From NCBI RefSeq assembly GCF_004010195.1, contig NC_057749.1, positions 19,027,538 through 19,091,537 of the forward strand: a DNA stretch of 64,000 bases, written 5' to 3'. A model generated the notes under the pieces. It was not told where the DNA came from. It made no database searches and was given only the letters and a program-made list of their open reading frames with translations. A program made the position numbers and the translations under genes. The DNA is from Chiloscyllium plagiosum. Lineage: Eukaryota. Shown one piece after another: positions 38,357 through 52,279 of the stretch (positions are counted from its first letter, which is position 1; each line of letters starts with the position of its first letter).

Positions 38357-39953
38357 TACATGCAGGAAGGATGTTTCCTGGTTTTGGAATTGAGAACCAG
38401 GAGTCACATTCTCAGGAAGTGGAATATGTCATTTAGGATTGAGATGAAAACACATTTCTCTGCTCAGAGGGTAGTTAACTTATTTCATACCACAAGAGGC
38501 TATGGAGGCCAGGTCACTGAGAATATTCGGCAAAAAAATTGGAACGCTTTTAGACATTAAAGGCATCAAGAGATATGGAGAGAAAGCAGAAATATGCTAT
38601 TGAGGTAGAAGATCAGCCAGGATATTGAGGAATTGTGAATGTGCAACGTTCACCAATTATTAATGGACATCTCCACGTCTGACCTTATGATGGAGGGAAG
38701 GTCATTGGTGAAGCAGCTGAAGATGGTTGGGTCTAGGACACTACCATGAGGAATTCCTGCAGAGATGTCCTGAAGTGAGATATTTGACCTTCAACCACAG
38801 TCATCTTTCTTTGTGCACAGAATGACTCCACCCAGCAGAGATTTTTTGCCAATTCCCACGGACTTTGTCTCTGGTGACCATGTTTGGACCAAAACTGCCA
38901 TGTGTTCAGGAACTGAGTGGCGCTGGCTCTGAATTTGACATTGAGTTGTTACTGAGCAGGTTTTGACTGTTAGTATTTTTATCGTCTATTGGTAGATTTT
39001 GATCATGCATGAAGAAATTTTTATTTTCAAAACTGCAGTTTCTCAAACCTATTGTGTCAACCTTAACTCTTGTATTGCTCTTGCCTCTGAGTGAAAAAGT
39101 TGTTATCCCCCTCCAAAGCTTTGTGCTTTGCAATCTAGACAGGCACTCCAGTACTGTGGGCTATCAGAGGTACTGCACTGGTAGATATAAATGCAGAAAG
39201 CTGGACATAAGAAATCTTATAAATTTCTCAAAGAAACGCAGATGTACTATCTCTGGTGGCCTGGTCAATATTTATCCCTTCCATTAATATCATGAAAATA
39301 GATAATGTAGTCATTATTGTGTTGTTCAAATGTATAAACTTGCTGCCTGCAAATTTGCTGCTGGGTTTCCTACATTGGTATCATGTGATTACAGGTCAGA
39401 AATATTCAATTGCTTGTATACTACTTGAGGGTGTCCTGAGGTTATGAAGGGTGCTATCGATTGATTAGCTCAGTTGGACAGCTAGGTTGCAATGTCGAGT
39501 GAAGCCAGTAGCCTGGGTTCAGTTCCCACCTGAGGTATTGTGACCCTCAGGTTACACTATCACCAGTTTGTTGAAAAAGTGAAAGGTTAGATAAATATCC
39601 CCTGACTAACCTTGACCAATTTGCAATTAAACTCTGACAATCTCTTCACAGGATTCTGCAGTAAACAGTCTCAAATTCATGCTAGCTATTTACTTTTGCC
39701 ATGTCCTTTTGTGGATCTGCTAGACCCAATCCACAGGTTCCCACCATTGCATTTGAACTGTTTATCTGAAAGGACTGGTAATACCCATTCAATAGGACTG
39801 GGATAGGCTTCTCCTCAGTCTTTCAATTTGGGCTTGCCCTCTTATGTAGGGCTGGTTCTGCTCCAGGGCGTCTGACCGAGGTGGTCTTGCTGGAGATGCC
39901 ATTGAAGAAGGTGCAAGAAGCAGAACGAGTGGGAGCTCCAGGTTGCTTCTGTT

Positions 39954-40285
39954 ATTAGATTAGATTAGATTAGATTAGATTAGATTACTTACAGTGTGGA
40001 AACAGGCCCTTCGGCCCAACAAGTCCACACCGCCCCACCGAAGCGCAACCCACCCATACCCCTACATTTACCCTTACCTAACGCTACGGGCAATTTAGCA
40101 TGGCCAATTCACCTGACCTGCACATCTTTGGACTGTGGGAGGAAACCGGAGCACCCGGAGGAAACCCACGCAGACACGGGGAGATTGTGCAAACTCCACA
40201 CAGTCAGTCGCCTGAGGCGGGAATTGAACCCGGGTCTCTGGCGCTGTGAGGCAGCAGTGCTAACCACTGTGCCACCGTGCCACCC
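39954..40285 (-). mobile_element. Young HE1-type V-SINE with expanded (TTAGA)n tail
   Basis: (TTAGA)6 at about 39955-39986 next to a near-consensus SINE body. Confidence 0.93.
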
Positions 40286-40589
40286 TTCATTCCCTTCTCA
40301 AAGATTCTGTGGCCTGTGCCCAATATTAACAGCAGGTAGGGGTTGGAGGATCCAATGATGAAGCTGCTTTCTATTTTTGGAGGTGCAGAACATGGTTTTG
40401 AATCATTGTTGTGCTATGTATCTGGCCTCCTCATGGGCTGAGTGCCACCAAGCCTGTCTAGCATTCTTCTGATGAAGCAGGTTTACTTTTCAGCCCCTAA
40501 CCTTGAAGACACTGGGCTTTCCAATTACAAAGTGGCCTGCCTTCTCCATTTGCTGGTCTTCTAATTGGAGTTCCTATTTGATTGATTTT

Positions 40590-40887
40590 GTAGATTCCCT
40601 ACCATGTGGAAGCAGGCCATTCAGCCCATCAAGTCCGCACCAACCCTCCAAAGGGCGTGCCACCCAGACCCACCTCCTCTACCCTATTCCTGTAACCATG
40701 CATTTCTCATGGCTAACCCACGTAGTCTGCACAACCCTGGACACTAACCTGCACGTCTTTGGACTGAGGGAGGAAACCGGAGCACCCAGAGGAAACCCAC
40801 GTGGACACTGGGAGAATGTACAAACTCCACAGTCACCTGAGATTGGAATCGAAGCGGGTCCCTGGTGCTGTGAGGCAGCACTTAACC
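40590..40887 (-). mobile_element. HE1-type V-SINE (diverged, 5'-clipped)
   Basis: V-domain and tail recognisable. Confidence 0.85.
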
Positions 40888-43357
40888 TCACAGTGAACTG
40901 GGCCCAAGTACATTCTGTGTGCAGTGTGACCATCACTGTGGGAGGGGCATCAGAGCAATCCATTCCTTCCCACTGATTTGAGGCCAAGGAAGGATTGTGT
41001 AAAGGGAACCACATAACTGAACCGGGCAGCAGCCATAATTATTTGTCCTGTGTTCTAAGGATTGGGAGCCCAACTCTAAGGGCCATTCATCCATGGAGGA
41101 AAATCAGTTCCAACTTGTAGCTTAACCATAGCTGTACATTTTACAACAAGTGTAAATGGTTACCAGTTAGTAACACAAATTTCAATTATATATCACCCTC
41201 AACAGAGCAAAATATCCCAACAAGAATGCTACCAGACAACATTTAACATTATGCTATATCAGGAGATGTTAGGTCAGATGATCAAATATTTGGTCAAATG
41301 GCTAGGTTTCAAGGAGCTCCCTTAAAGAATGGAAGACGTGCAGAAATTTAGTGAACAATTTCAGAGCTCAGGGCAGAGAAAACTGAAGACATAGCTGCCA
41401 ATGAAGTTGTACAGGAGACCATTCCAGGAACATAGGTTTCCCTTTGAGGCTTGTGTAGCTAGAGATGCATTGAAGAGATTCAGAGAGGAGCAACACTGGA
41501 GTGATATGAGAATGCACATGTTAATGATGTAACCATTCAGTTATTAGACCAGTAGCTAATATAAGTCATTAAGCTCCGAGTGATGAGTGAGGTGACTTGG
41601 TTTGAGCTAGGATGCAACATTGGAGTTTGGGTAAGCTCAGCTTTGCAAAAGGGACAAGGTTGAAGACTGCGCAAGAGGGAATTTGAAGAATATACCAGTA
41701 ACAAAGCTTAGATAATGCAGGTCTCAGTTTCAGTTGGACTGAGATAGATGGGCATATCTTGTCATTACCTGGTGAAGAATGGTTAAGCAGCTTCCGACTG
41801 TTCAGTCTCCTCAGTTTAAGTTCTTTTTAGCACAAGGATATACTGTACTTAATTTAAAGTGTAGCTTTGTTTTACCATACAAAGGAATCAATGAGGAGGA
41901 TAGGAACAGACTCACACCTAAGATCAAGTCAATATTTAGTTTTAGCAAAGCTACTTGGCCTTCTAAATCTCTACTCACAAAGCCCTGCTGTTTCCCCTCA
42001 GCTCTTTAAATATTTTCCGCAAAGTACTTATTCAATTCTCCTTTGAAGATTATCAAATCTACTTCCATTATCCTTTCAGACTGTTGATTCTAGATGGCAA
42101 CAACTTGGTGTTTGAAGAAATCTTTCCTCATGTTACCCCGATTTATTTGCCCATTACTGTAGACTCCATTCCCCGGTTCCCACTTCTCTGTTGGAAATAG
42201 CTTGTTTTTATTTACTCTGTCAAAACTAGTCATGATCTTGAACACCTATACCAAATCTCCTCTTAACTGTCTGTTTTAAAGAGAATAACAGCGACATCTT
42301 CAGTCTCTCCATCTTTGTCAATCCCTGTCTCTTACAATATTCTGACAAACCTTCTGCATGCTGCCTACGGACTTGGAGTGATTATTAAAGTGTGGTGCCC
42401 AGACTTGAACACTTGCACCAATATTTTATAAACGTTTAGCATAATATATTTGCTTTTGTATTCTATTAATAAAGGAACCATACGCATCCCAACTTGTCCT
42501 GCCACATTCAAACTTCTGTGAACATGAACCTACATGTTTTTCTTTTCTCTTTCCCCCCTCCCCCTCCCCCGTGACCCCCACTTTAACATTGTACCATGTG
42601 GTTTATGTTGCATGTCTTTATCCCTCCAATTAAAATATAATGTTCAATACTTCTCTGCATTCAATTCATATTTCAAAGGGATCTGTCCATTTCATCAAAC
42701 TGTATACTTCCTGAGTTTGTTCTTGTCCTCATTGTTGCTACATTTGAATTTCACATCAAATACAAACTTTGAAATAATGCTATACATATAAATGCCAGTC
42801 AGGTTATTAACATACATCAAAAAGCACAGTATTTCTAATTTCAAACCTGGGGCTCCAGCACTGTAACCCTGTCCCTAACCTGCAAAACAACCTTTCACCT
42901 CTATTCTCTGCTTCGGTCCTTTGCTCAATTTGGTATTCATGTTGCCATTGTCATTTTGATCCAGTGGATTTGAACTTTGCTAGCAAGTCTATTATTTAGT
43001 ACGTTGTCAAGTTTCTTTCAAAATTCCATGTATACAAATTGCACAATATGGTCCTCTTCAACCCTTTCTGTTACTTCTAAGTATACTGGGCTCGGTGGGA
43101 CAGATCTGGATTTGGGTTTGGAGAGAATGCTGAGGAGTAATTTCTCACAGTAGACCTGTAGATAAAGGGCTGTTATAAATATCAAACATATGTACAGTTG
43201 CAGCTTGAAATGTGCTCTATTGTTCTTGTCAGATTTATTTGATAGAAATTCACTGTATAAATGTAAATTTTTGCTAAATTCAGTGACTGGCTAATTGGGC
43301 TTGTTAAATGTGTTTTGTTCAGACCCATACTTATGCTGCTTATTTTTAACTCTCCAG

Positions 43358-43548
43358 GCACTCTGTGCACTTTGGATATATGCCTTTCTCAGCTGGAAGA
43401 TGTGGGTACTCTCAACATATACCAAACCGTCCGAAGGATGCGAACGCAACGAGCCTTCAGCATCCAGACTCCTGACCAGTACTACTTCTGTTACACAGCA
43501 ATTATCGAGCATGCTCAGAGGAAAAACCTACTGTCAGCCAATCATTAA
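43358..43548 (+). CDS. ptpn9: ptpn9 last coding exon: (G)TLCTLDICLSQLEDVGTLNIYQTVRRMRTQRAFSIQTPDQYYFCYTAIIEHAQRKNLLSANH*
   Basis: Acceptor tctccag|GC completes the Gly codon; Q-loop QTPDQY; TAA stop at 43546-43548. Confidence 0.97.
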
Positions 43549-43826
43549 CGAGAGAATCTCCTCCTCCCCTCTCCCCAACATAGATTATATACCACTTCTG
43601 CACACATGCAGATGAGCTCTACTAATATACTCCTCGTACATCTGTAGACGTCCACCTTTTGTGATTGTACAAGATCCTAGAATTAGTACTAGCCTTAACT
43701 ACTTGGATAGAACTTATTTTACAATGGTTTAATGCCATCGTACCAGTAGCCATCTTCATGGAGCATATAGACATTTCCTGAAGAAAATATGTTACAATTC
43801 ACTTATTCCAATAATGTAGCATTAGA

Positions 43827-43832
43827 AATAAA
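43827..43832 (+). terminator. Candidate proximal polyadenylation signal of ptpn9
   Basis: First AATAAA seen after the stop codon, about 280 nt downstream; usage unverified. Confidence 0.3.
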
Positions 43833-46800
43833 ATCTACGGTACAGGAGACATGAGTGGTCAATGATAAATGAAGGCGATCATTTTTGCAAAGACTGAAAC
43901 CACAACCTTTAGACACCATGTGGCTGGAAATTGAAGTTCTGTAACGTGTCGTCTGTGGACCAGACTTCCTCCTTTTTCTGAAAAAGAAACTTGTTAATGA
44001 CATACAAAAAGAAAATAACAACAAAAAAATTACCTCAAGCATCATCTGAGGGATAGCAGAAAGCACCAAGTTGTACTTCTGTTACCTCGGGCCATGATTA
44101 ACATTGGGAGCGCCAGACGGACTCTTGACCCTGGAGGCAGTTCTCGTGTCAGTCTCATTGACAAAGACAAGCTGGGGAATGAAATGTCATCAGCCGAGCT
44201 GTGTATTTGTCACTGATGTCCGTGCCTGTGAGATGAGTTTACTCTTTGTGCCTTCTTGCCTTTTATTCGTAATTGGGGCTGTAGTGCATGCAGCCAAAGT
44301 GTTATTCAAAACTTAACCTTTCTCTCAGGGGAACTTATTTTTCTTCCCTTTATCTTTCTCCATCTCTCTCTTTTTTCCATTTCTCTCAGTTGGATTTGAT
44401 TTAATTAAGGTTATAAAACCATAATGGTTACCCAAACTGCTTTGAAAATCTGCAACTCCACCTGTCTCCCAAAGGCTTTGTTCAAGCTGAACTTGAGAAC
44501 AGAGGAGTTTACACAGCTCGGCAATCCTCTTGCTTGTCACTGCCTCTGTTGACCCTTAATGTAAGATCTCCATATACATCAACCTGAAACAGCCAGTCTG
44601 ATCTGAACTTTGCTATATGTCAGAAATTTCTGTGGCATTGTAAATTTATTGCAGCATGACTTAACGCCATGAACAAATGACAGAACAAGTCCTGTATTTT
44701 GAATACATTTATGTGCATACTGTTGGGTCATTTTCTGCACCTGCCCAAATTTCTTAGCTTCAGGATTTCCATTATGATGGATGACATTTCTCTGTAATCT
44801 TTGAGTCGTGTCATTGCTTTCAACAATCATGAATTCTTGGCTTGTTTTTGTGTTCCTTTCCAAAGGGCAGAATGTGGAAATAATCCTTGAGAGATGGATA
44901 AACCTGTGAGGCAAGTATAAACCCTTCAGGTTGATGCAACCATAGAGATAATTGTCAGCTGACAGCAAGCAGTTCACTCCTCATGGTGAAGTGATCACAC
45001 CATTAGAGCCCTGTGAGGGGAATCTAGGATGAATTCCATGATAGGAGTGCTCAATATTTTTCACTGTGTATAGTTTTCAGAGAAATAACAAGTGCTTTCA
45101 TTTACCACACAGTACCTTTCAAATGAATTATATTTTGCAACACTGATCAAATCTCTCTGCATCCTTTGAAATTTGAGGGCAATATTTATGTTGTGCTACT
45201 TTACACATGCAGTGCATTTTCTTGTATGTTTGTTATTCAGTTTTCACTGTTTAGTTTGTGTCGGGAAGAACAAAGGCAATGGAGCAAACTCTTGACTTTG
45301 AGGAGATTGGTTTTCAGGTGTGTTGGGGTGTGGGGGGGGGGAGAGATGTTCAGCAAAAACAGCCATCACAGCCTTTAATGGTTTTCCTGTTACATTGTAT
45401 TGATTTTCACACACAGGTTTATAAGGGGTCATTGTAACAGGACTGAAATTGATAGATGGTATGACTTTCGGAATTGTAAGTTTATATGTGAACTAGTGAA
45501 TTGTAAGCCAAAATAGTTAAAATTAATGGTTTAATTCTATTGTGTCATTTATTGCCTTAATACAACAATGTCATGGATATTCTTGGATGATCTTGACTTA
45601 ACTGATATGTGTCATACAAAATGGGTCCTAATTTCCTTTGGAGAATTGTCCTGTACTAATTCACAATTCAGTGAGCGTTTAGGTTCAGCCTTGCATCAGT
45701 ACTCTCCATCACTCCCACCTAAATGGGCTGTTATCATTCTTGATTCCAAGGATATCCCAAAATAGAAGTTGTGCTTCTGACTCGCAAGTGAAGACATTGA
45801 GTTCTAATTGAACTTTTACTTGAGGGATTTTCAGTAGGTTGATTTGTTGTAAACCCATTGGTTGTGAGGAAGAAGCTAGTTCCCTCGCTCAAATTTCTGC
45901 TGCAAAATATTTTAGATTTTTGCATGAAACAGTACAATTTTACTTTTAAGAACCTCAAAGAGCAAAAAGGGAACAAACGGCTATTTTTCTCATTACTCAT
46001 TGTCCTCAACGTTGGAACATTAGGCTGCCATTCAGTAAGATTATGGCTGATCTGTATCCTAACTCCATTCACTTGCCTTGGTTTATGTCCCTTAATGGCA
46101 TTGGTCAGCAAAAATCTAGCGATATTAGATTTAAAATGATTTTTTAAGATGCAGTCAACTGCTTCATGTTGGAAGAGATTTCCAGACTACTACCACCTTT
46201 AGTGCAAAAATCTGTTTTATAACTTCTGAAAAGTTTTAAGAAGAGTCATAGTGAACTCAAAACATTAACTCCCTCTTTCTCCTGAATTGCCTGGCTCTGA
46301 TTTTAAAGTTATGTCCTTTGATCTAGACTCGGCCTATCAGCACAAAATAAGTACACTATCTACCCTTGCAATCTCTTGTAAAATCATCCCTTACCTTTCA
46401 GTATTCCGATTTCATGTAATTTCTTCCCATAATTTAACCCTGAGTGTTTTGGGTGCCTGTACAGTTCCAAGATTAATATATCCTATTTAAGGCAGAATGT
46501 CTGAAACTGCACACATACTAAAGTGTGGGTCTTTGTATACCTCAAGCAAAGTTTCATCCACTTTATATCCTACGTTGCTGAATATAAAGGCAGCATTCCA
46601 TTAGCCTTTCTAATTTTCTTTTGTATCTGTTGTTTATATTGTAGAGGCCTGTGTATGTGGATCTCTTAAATTTCTTTGGACTCACACTGGCTGTAGCTTT
46701 CATTAAATAATATTGAAGTATTTCAACATAACCTATATAGCATTAATCTACATTTTGCACTCTCCTGTAACAGCAGTACCTGAACTGCAACCTCTTAATG

Positions 46801-48059
46801 TTGCCAATATCTAAATGACTTGTACGGAGATTGCGTGTTTTCACTTGTGCATCTCATTTGCTGATCTGTTTTAATTTTTTGGAGTTTGGAATTGAATATT
46901 TGAATGTTCCTCACTGCTGGATAAATCCTTAGTTGCTCACATGTACACAAATGACTGGGAACAGAGATTAAAACCTTATGTGGTGCCCCCAGGAGTCATG
47001 ACCAACAAGGACTGCAAGTTTGAGCATTCCTGTTGTACAAGTATTTGACTCTGCAACTTTACCGCGAAAGCTATTCCACTCGCTGAGTTCAGAGGTTTTC
47101 TTCCTTACCAGCTTGAACATTGTTTAATTGATCATTGCTGCTCAGCTTCTGAGTGAGGAGCATGAACTAATTATGAGTTATTGTTACTATGTGTACAGCA
47201 GCACTCAAAGTGGAAACTCTCTTTATTGTATAGTACTTAGATTTCTTTGATCCAAAAAGAAAATGCTGAACTTAATACTCCATAAGAAGCAAATCTGGAA
47301 TTGAGTGTACATCAGCCACCCAAATGATGAGGGAAAATTTGTGATATCATAACCCATCATGTAAACAATTGAATTGTATGGGCTTTTCAGGAGGAAGGGA
47401 TAAACCTTGTTTTATTTCATGGTAACTAATAGTCCCAATTTGGCCTCACTAACAATACTGGCTAATGTACATTGGTAGGCATAGATCATATTATTAGTTG
47501 ACACTTCATTGCACGCATGGGCCGTTATGTATATCTCAGACAAGTGGTTTTTTGGTTTTGATCCTGTTCCTGCATCAACCCTGATTTCCAGAACAATGAG
47601 TTGCAGCCTAGAATGGCATATGAATGTGGAAAAATGTTACCTGACTACTTAGGAGAATAAAACATTGGTCACAGAATTGAGGAGTAAAACTCCTTCCCAT
47701 TGTGTGCTCTCCTTCTATAAGCTGACAGTAATGTTTTTGCAGTCCTTTGGATCATTTGAGCAATAATGTGACTGAGTCGACATGTATTGTTGGGAAATTG
47801 CATGTGGTCATCTCAGGCTATACTTCCCGATGTTGTAAAGGTGAAAACAAACAAGGGGGAAAACATGAGTTTGATTAGACGAGCTGACATTAAACTAAGA
47901 TGAATGTGTTCAGGCTTAGAATTGAACACTATACTGGTAACAAAAGTGTGTTAGACCTTAGAGTTCCACAGCACAAATAAACTAGTCATTTTGGTTTTAT
48001 CAGCAGGTTTCTCCCCAACATATAGACTCATCACCCTCATACTTCCAACCAAATTACTG

Positions 48060-49100
48060 AAAACCAAGAATTTGATTCAGCAACACTGAAGGAATGGTGA
48101 TATATTTCCAAACGAACTTGTATGTGGTGATGAGCTTTTACATCTCTTGGTCTTGTCCATCAAAGTTATGGTGGTCATTGCTTTGGAAGGTGCAGAAAGT
48201 TTAGCTAGATGTTGCAATGAATCTTGTATTTAGTTATATTGCTGCTACTGTATTGAGGAGAAAGCGAATATTTAAGTTAATGAATGGTATGCTAATCAAT
48301 ATTTTGTCCTGGATAGTATTGCTCTTCTTGAATATTGTTGGAGATGTACTCATTCAGGGAAGTATGGAGTATTCTTTGCACTCCTGCCATATCTATAGAT
48401 AGCACCAGGCTTTGAGGAGTCAGGAGGTGAATTACTGGTCAGAGATTCCCAGCCTCTGACCTGTTCTTGTAACCATATATTTGTATGGCTAGTTCAGTTT
48501 CTGGTCAGTGGTAACCCAGTGTCCAGGCTGGTAAATTCAGCAATTTCTTGAACTTTAGGAGGAGACGATTAGATTCCCTGTTGTTGAAGGTGGTCATTTC
48601 TGGTACTCGGGTACAAGAGCAATTTATCAGCTGAAGCCTTCATGTTGTCCAGGTCTTGCTTCTTGCAGATTCCTTCCTTCTCTGACGAGTTGCTGGTTTT
48701 GCTAAACATTGCATTCAGCAGTGAATATTCCCACTTCTGAACTTACAATAGGTAGAAGTCTGTTGATAAAGCAACTGAAGATGGTTAAGCCTAGGGCACT
48801 ACCCTGAAAAACTCCAGCGGAGATGGCCTGGAGTTGAAATAGTTGACTTCCAGCAACAGCAGCTGTTGTCTTTTGTGCTAGGTATGATTCCAAACAGTGG
48901 ACAATTTTCCCCAAAATTCCCATGGCTTCAATTTTACTGAATTTCTTGATGTCACGTTGTTAAATGTTGTCTGGACACACATCATATTTGGAGTTCAGCT
49001 CTTTTATTCACGTTTTGGCTAAGGTTGGAATGAAATCCAGTGTCAGATGGCACTGGTAAAACAAAAACTGAGTGTCCGTTCACAGGTTATTGCTTGAATA
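48060..49100 (-). mobile_element. Old LINE (CR1/L2-group) RT fragment
   Basis: ORF 48702-48923 AGVFQGSALGLTIFSCFIN...IFTAEC matches a decayed GVPQGS...FADDC. Related relics at about 13080-13560, 33420-33950 and 38640-38960. Confidence 0.7.
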
Positions 49101-52100
49101 TGTGCTGCCTGGGGGAACAGTCAACAATATCTTCTGTGCTGCTTTGCTAATAATCCCCAGTTTCCAGTAATGGATCTATCTCTCCTCATTCCATCAATAT
49201 GTCAGGCTGATGCACTGTAACACTGCACATTTTCCAGACCTAGACATCGGATTGTCAGCAAGGACCAACTTAGCCCTAATCCTTGATCACCTGTACTGTG
49301 TCTTGCAGCCATTCCAACCCCATAAAGACCCTGCTTCTCAACATTTTTATTTCCAAATTCTCATCCCACCTCAACTGAGGATAGTCGCTAGTTGTCAAAT
49401 TAAGGTAACAAAATAAAACAGTTTGATATAAATAATTTGGATATAAAGGGACTGTCTCTACATGCCGCTCAAAATAGGCTGAGAACAAAATACTGGAGAA
49501 TGGCTTTTCCACTTTATAGATGTGTACGTGTGTGTGCCACCATTTATTCCTCAACCAACATTTCTGAAACAGATTGTCTGGTCATTAACACATTGACCTT
49601 TGTGGAGACTTGCTATGCAACCCACAACAAGTGGACTGCAGTGATTCAAGAGGGCAGCTCATCACCACCTTCTCAAGGGCTATCAATGATGGCCAGCCAG
49701 CAACGCCCAAGTCTCACAAATGAATTTGAAAAAAATACAAATAGGCTATTATCTTCCCTATTTTACTACAGTGACTACACGTCCTTCATTGGCTGTAAAG
49801 TGCTTTGAGATTAGGGTGCTAAATAAATACCAGGTTTTTAAAAATGTCTATTCTGTGTGCATGCATCTATTTGTCTACATGGTATTTTCTTCATCATGTT
49901 TCCTTCAGGATTAAAGGTTGATAATACAGCTTTTGATGCCAGTGAGATTTAGAGCTCTGCTTTTGACAAGTGTGCTCATTGTGACCAGCGATTTTCCAAC
50001 TCCAAAACTGGCCACTGCTAGAGGGTGTTAGAGTAAATCTATTATGCTAACATGTAACTCGTGCCCAGAGTTTAAGTATTTGAAGTGTGTTTGCCTTAAC
50101 ACCTGCAATAACTATATGGGTGAGTACTTGACAATCGTTAAGAAACTGCTAAGCCTTTAGTTCTTGTAATTTATTACAAGTTGAGATTGTAGTAGATTCA
50201 TGGAGCAAATATACTGCTTAATCGCAAAGTATGGTATAGATCAGGGAAGCAATTCAAACCATCTAACCGATCATCCCAAAGAACGTCTAAGACCAATTGC
50301 CATAGCGATCAACTGCTTTTTGAACTATTCCTCCATGACATTGTGCTTATTCCAGAAGTTTATCTTCATGAGTGGTTTCTAAACAGAATCTAGATATAGT
50401 AGCCATTTTGAACCTCTTCACCTGTCCATATGCTTGTGCCATTTTGCTCAATAGGGCAGTGTGATCTTTATTTTATTTGCACTTGGAATTAACAGTGACA
50501 AAATGGTACAGAACAAAACTCTTCCAGCAACATGCTTTGAAGATGATGCTGGAATGCAGAAACCTGGATTAATTAAATAAAGTTCAGGCTGGGTCTGTAT
50601 CAAAAACACATTTTCTTGTCTTCACTTCCCACCCAGGCTAAGGGACAAGGGATGTATTGTTTTCTCAACAATGCATGTCATCCGGACCCCAGTCATCGTG
50701 TTTTATTCTAGAAAACACCAGGAGGTGGGAACAAAATATCTAATGTTTGTCTGCCAAAGTCCAGACTTGCCAGTTGTTATTTTAAAGATGTTTCAAACAA
50801 CAGGATGGACTTTTAAATCAGTCTGTGAAATACCCCACTGTTTGCAAGAGGTGCTGCTTGAAGCTAACACTGGTATGTGCCAAGGATTTGAGATAGAACC
50901 AACAAAACAGTGGGATTTCTCCCTATCAGGTCCATTTGGTCTCATTCCTTTGTTCATTTCCAGCTGTCCTTTAAACTCGTGTTTTCCATTTTTTTAATCA
51001 ATTTATTTTGTAAAGGGTGTTACCAGTTCTGTTTCCACTACTGTTTTTGGAAGGACAATCTATTTCGTAAGAGTCTTTGAATTAAAATCACTTTCTAAAC
51101 TTTTCTCATTGTCCTTTTGGTGAGTGCCTAGTTGCCAATTTACCAGCCTAGGGCAAGTGTCTTTTTTTTTCCTTAATGATCTGATCAAGCTTCTCGTTTA
51201 GAGCACAGCTCTCTGCTCCCCCCTCAACCTTGCAGGTGCAATGCTAACTGCCCCTTCTGCTGAGTTTAATATTCTCAAGAATGTGAATTTAAGCAGATTT
51301 CATCTTGCCCCTGTGCACTGATGAGTTGATTCTTTGTTCATTTAGTCCAGGAATATTGATATTGCTCCGATGTTGTTCTGAACATTAATGCAAGTCATTG
51401 TTGATTTGACAGTAGTTTGATTGAAATATTGCGAATATTCAGAACATATCAAAGTATTGTTCTTAGCACATATTCTGAGATGAGCAACATGACAAACCTG
51501 ACCCACAAATTAGTTTAGCTGATGTCTTTCTACAAGCAAAACAATTTGCCGAATACTTCCTGTATTCTCAAAGACCATGCTCCTTTAACTGTGGAATTTG
51601 GAAATTCCTATTCAGATCAGGTTGTTTGTTGATAACTATGTTGTGACATCATCCACAATTGGTGTATTTTTTATATTTTATGTTCAACTGTTCACTTGAT
51701 TCACAAGGAACAAAATTTACTCTTGCACTGTTAGATTTGTACTGAATTGTTGGTGCAATGATTGCCCAAACATGAAATGAGACCAATTGTGGTGTAGAAG
51801 TATAGCAGGGCTCAAAGACTTAGTACTGATGTGGTACTGACACAGCAGTTTTGTTCCAATCTGTAGCATTCCCACAGAGCCCTCTGCAGTTAACCCCCTT
51901 ACTGGGTGTGAACCACCAAACCCCAGTAATCTTGTTCACTGCAGCAGTTGAATGCTCACTTTTTTTCTTTTGATACTGTGGCCAAATTTCAGCAAAAGTT
52001 GTCAAGTTATTGGGACCACCATAGGTATAATGTTTCCAAATCATTGGAAAAGTTGTGTTACAGGACACAGTGGCTGAGACACGGGCCTATTACTAGTCAA

Positions 52101-52273
52101 CTGTAGTTAAAACAACCTGCCCATAATAAGTTAAAGTGCTTTAAAAATATTTATTGTAACTCAACTGACAAAATTATGCTTTGTGAAGATTGTTATTACA
52201 TTACGTATATTGTTAATTCCTGTTCTTTTCCAGTGCTGTTCAAGTAATGTACTATTTATTATTTTTTTAAGTC

Positions 52274-52279
52274 AATAAA
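52274..52279 (+). terminator. Candidate distal polyadenylation signal of ptpn9
   Basis: AATAAA preceded by TGTA, TATTTAT and U-rich elements (52148-52268) and followed by GT-rich sequence, which is typical 3'-end context. Confidence 0.45.
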
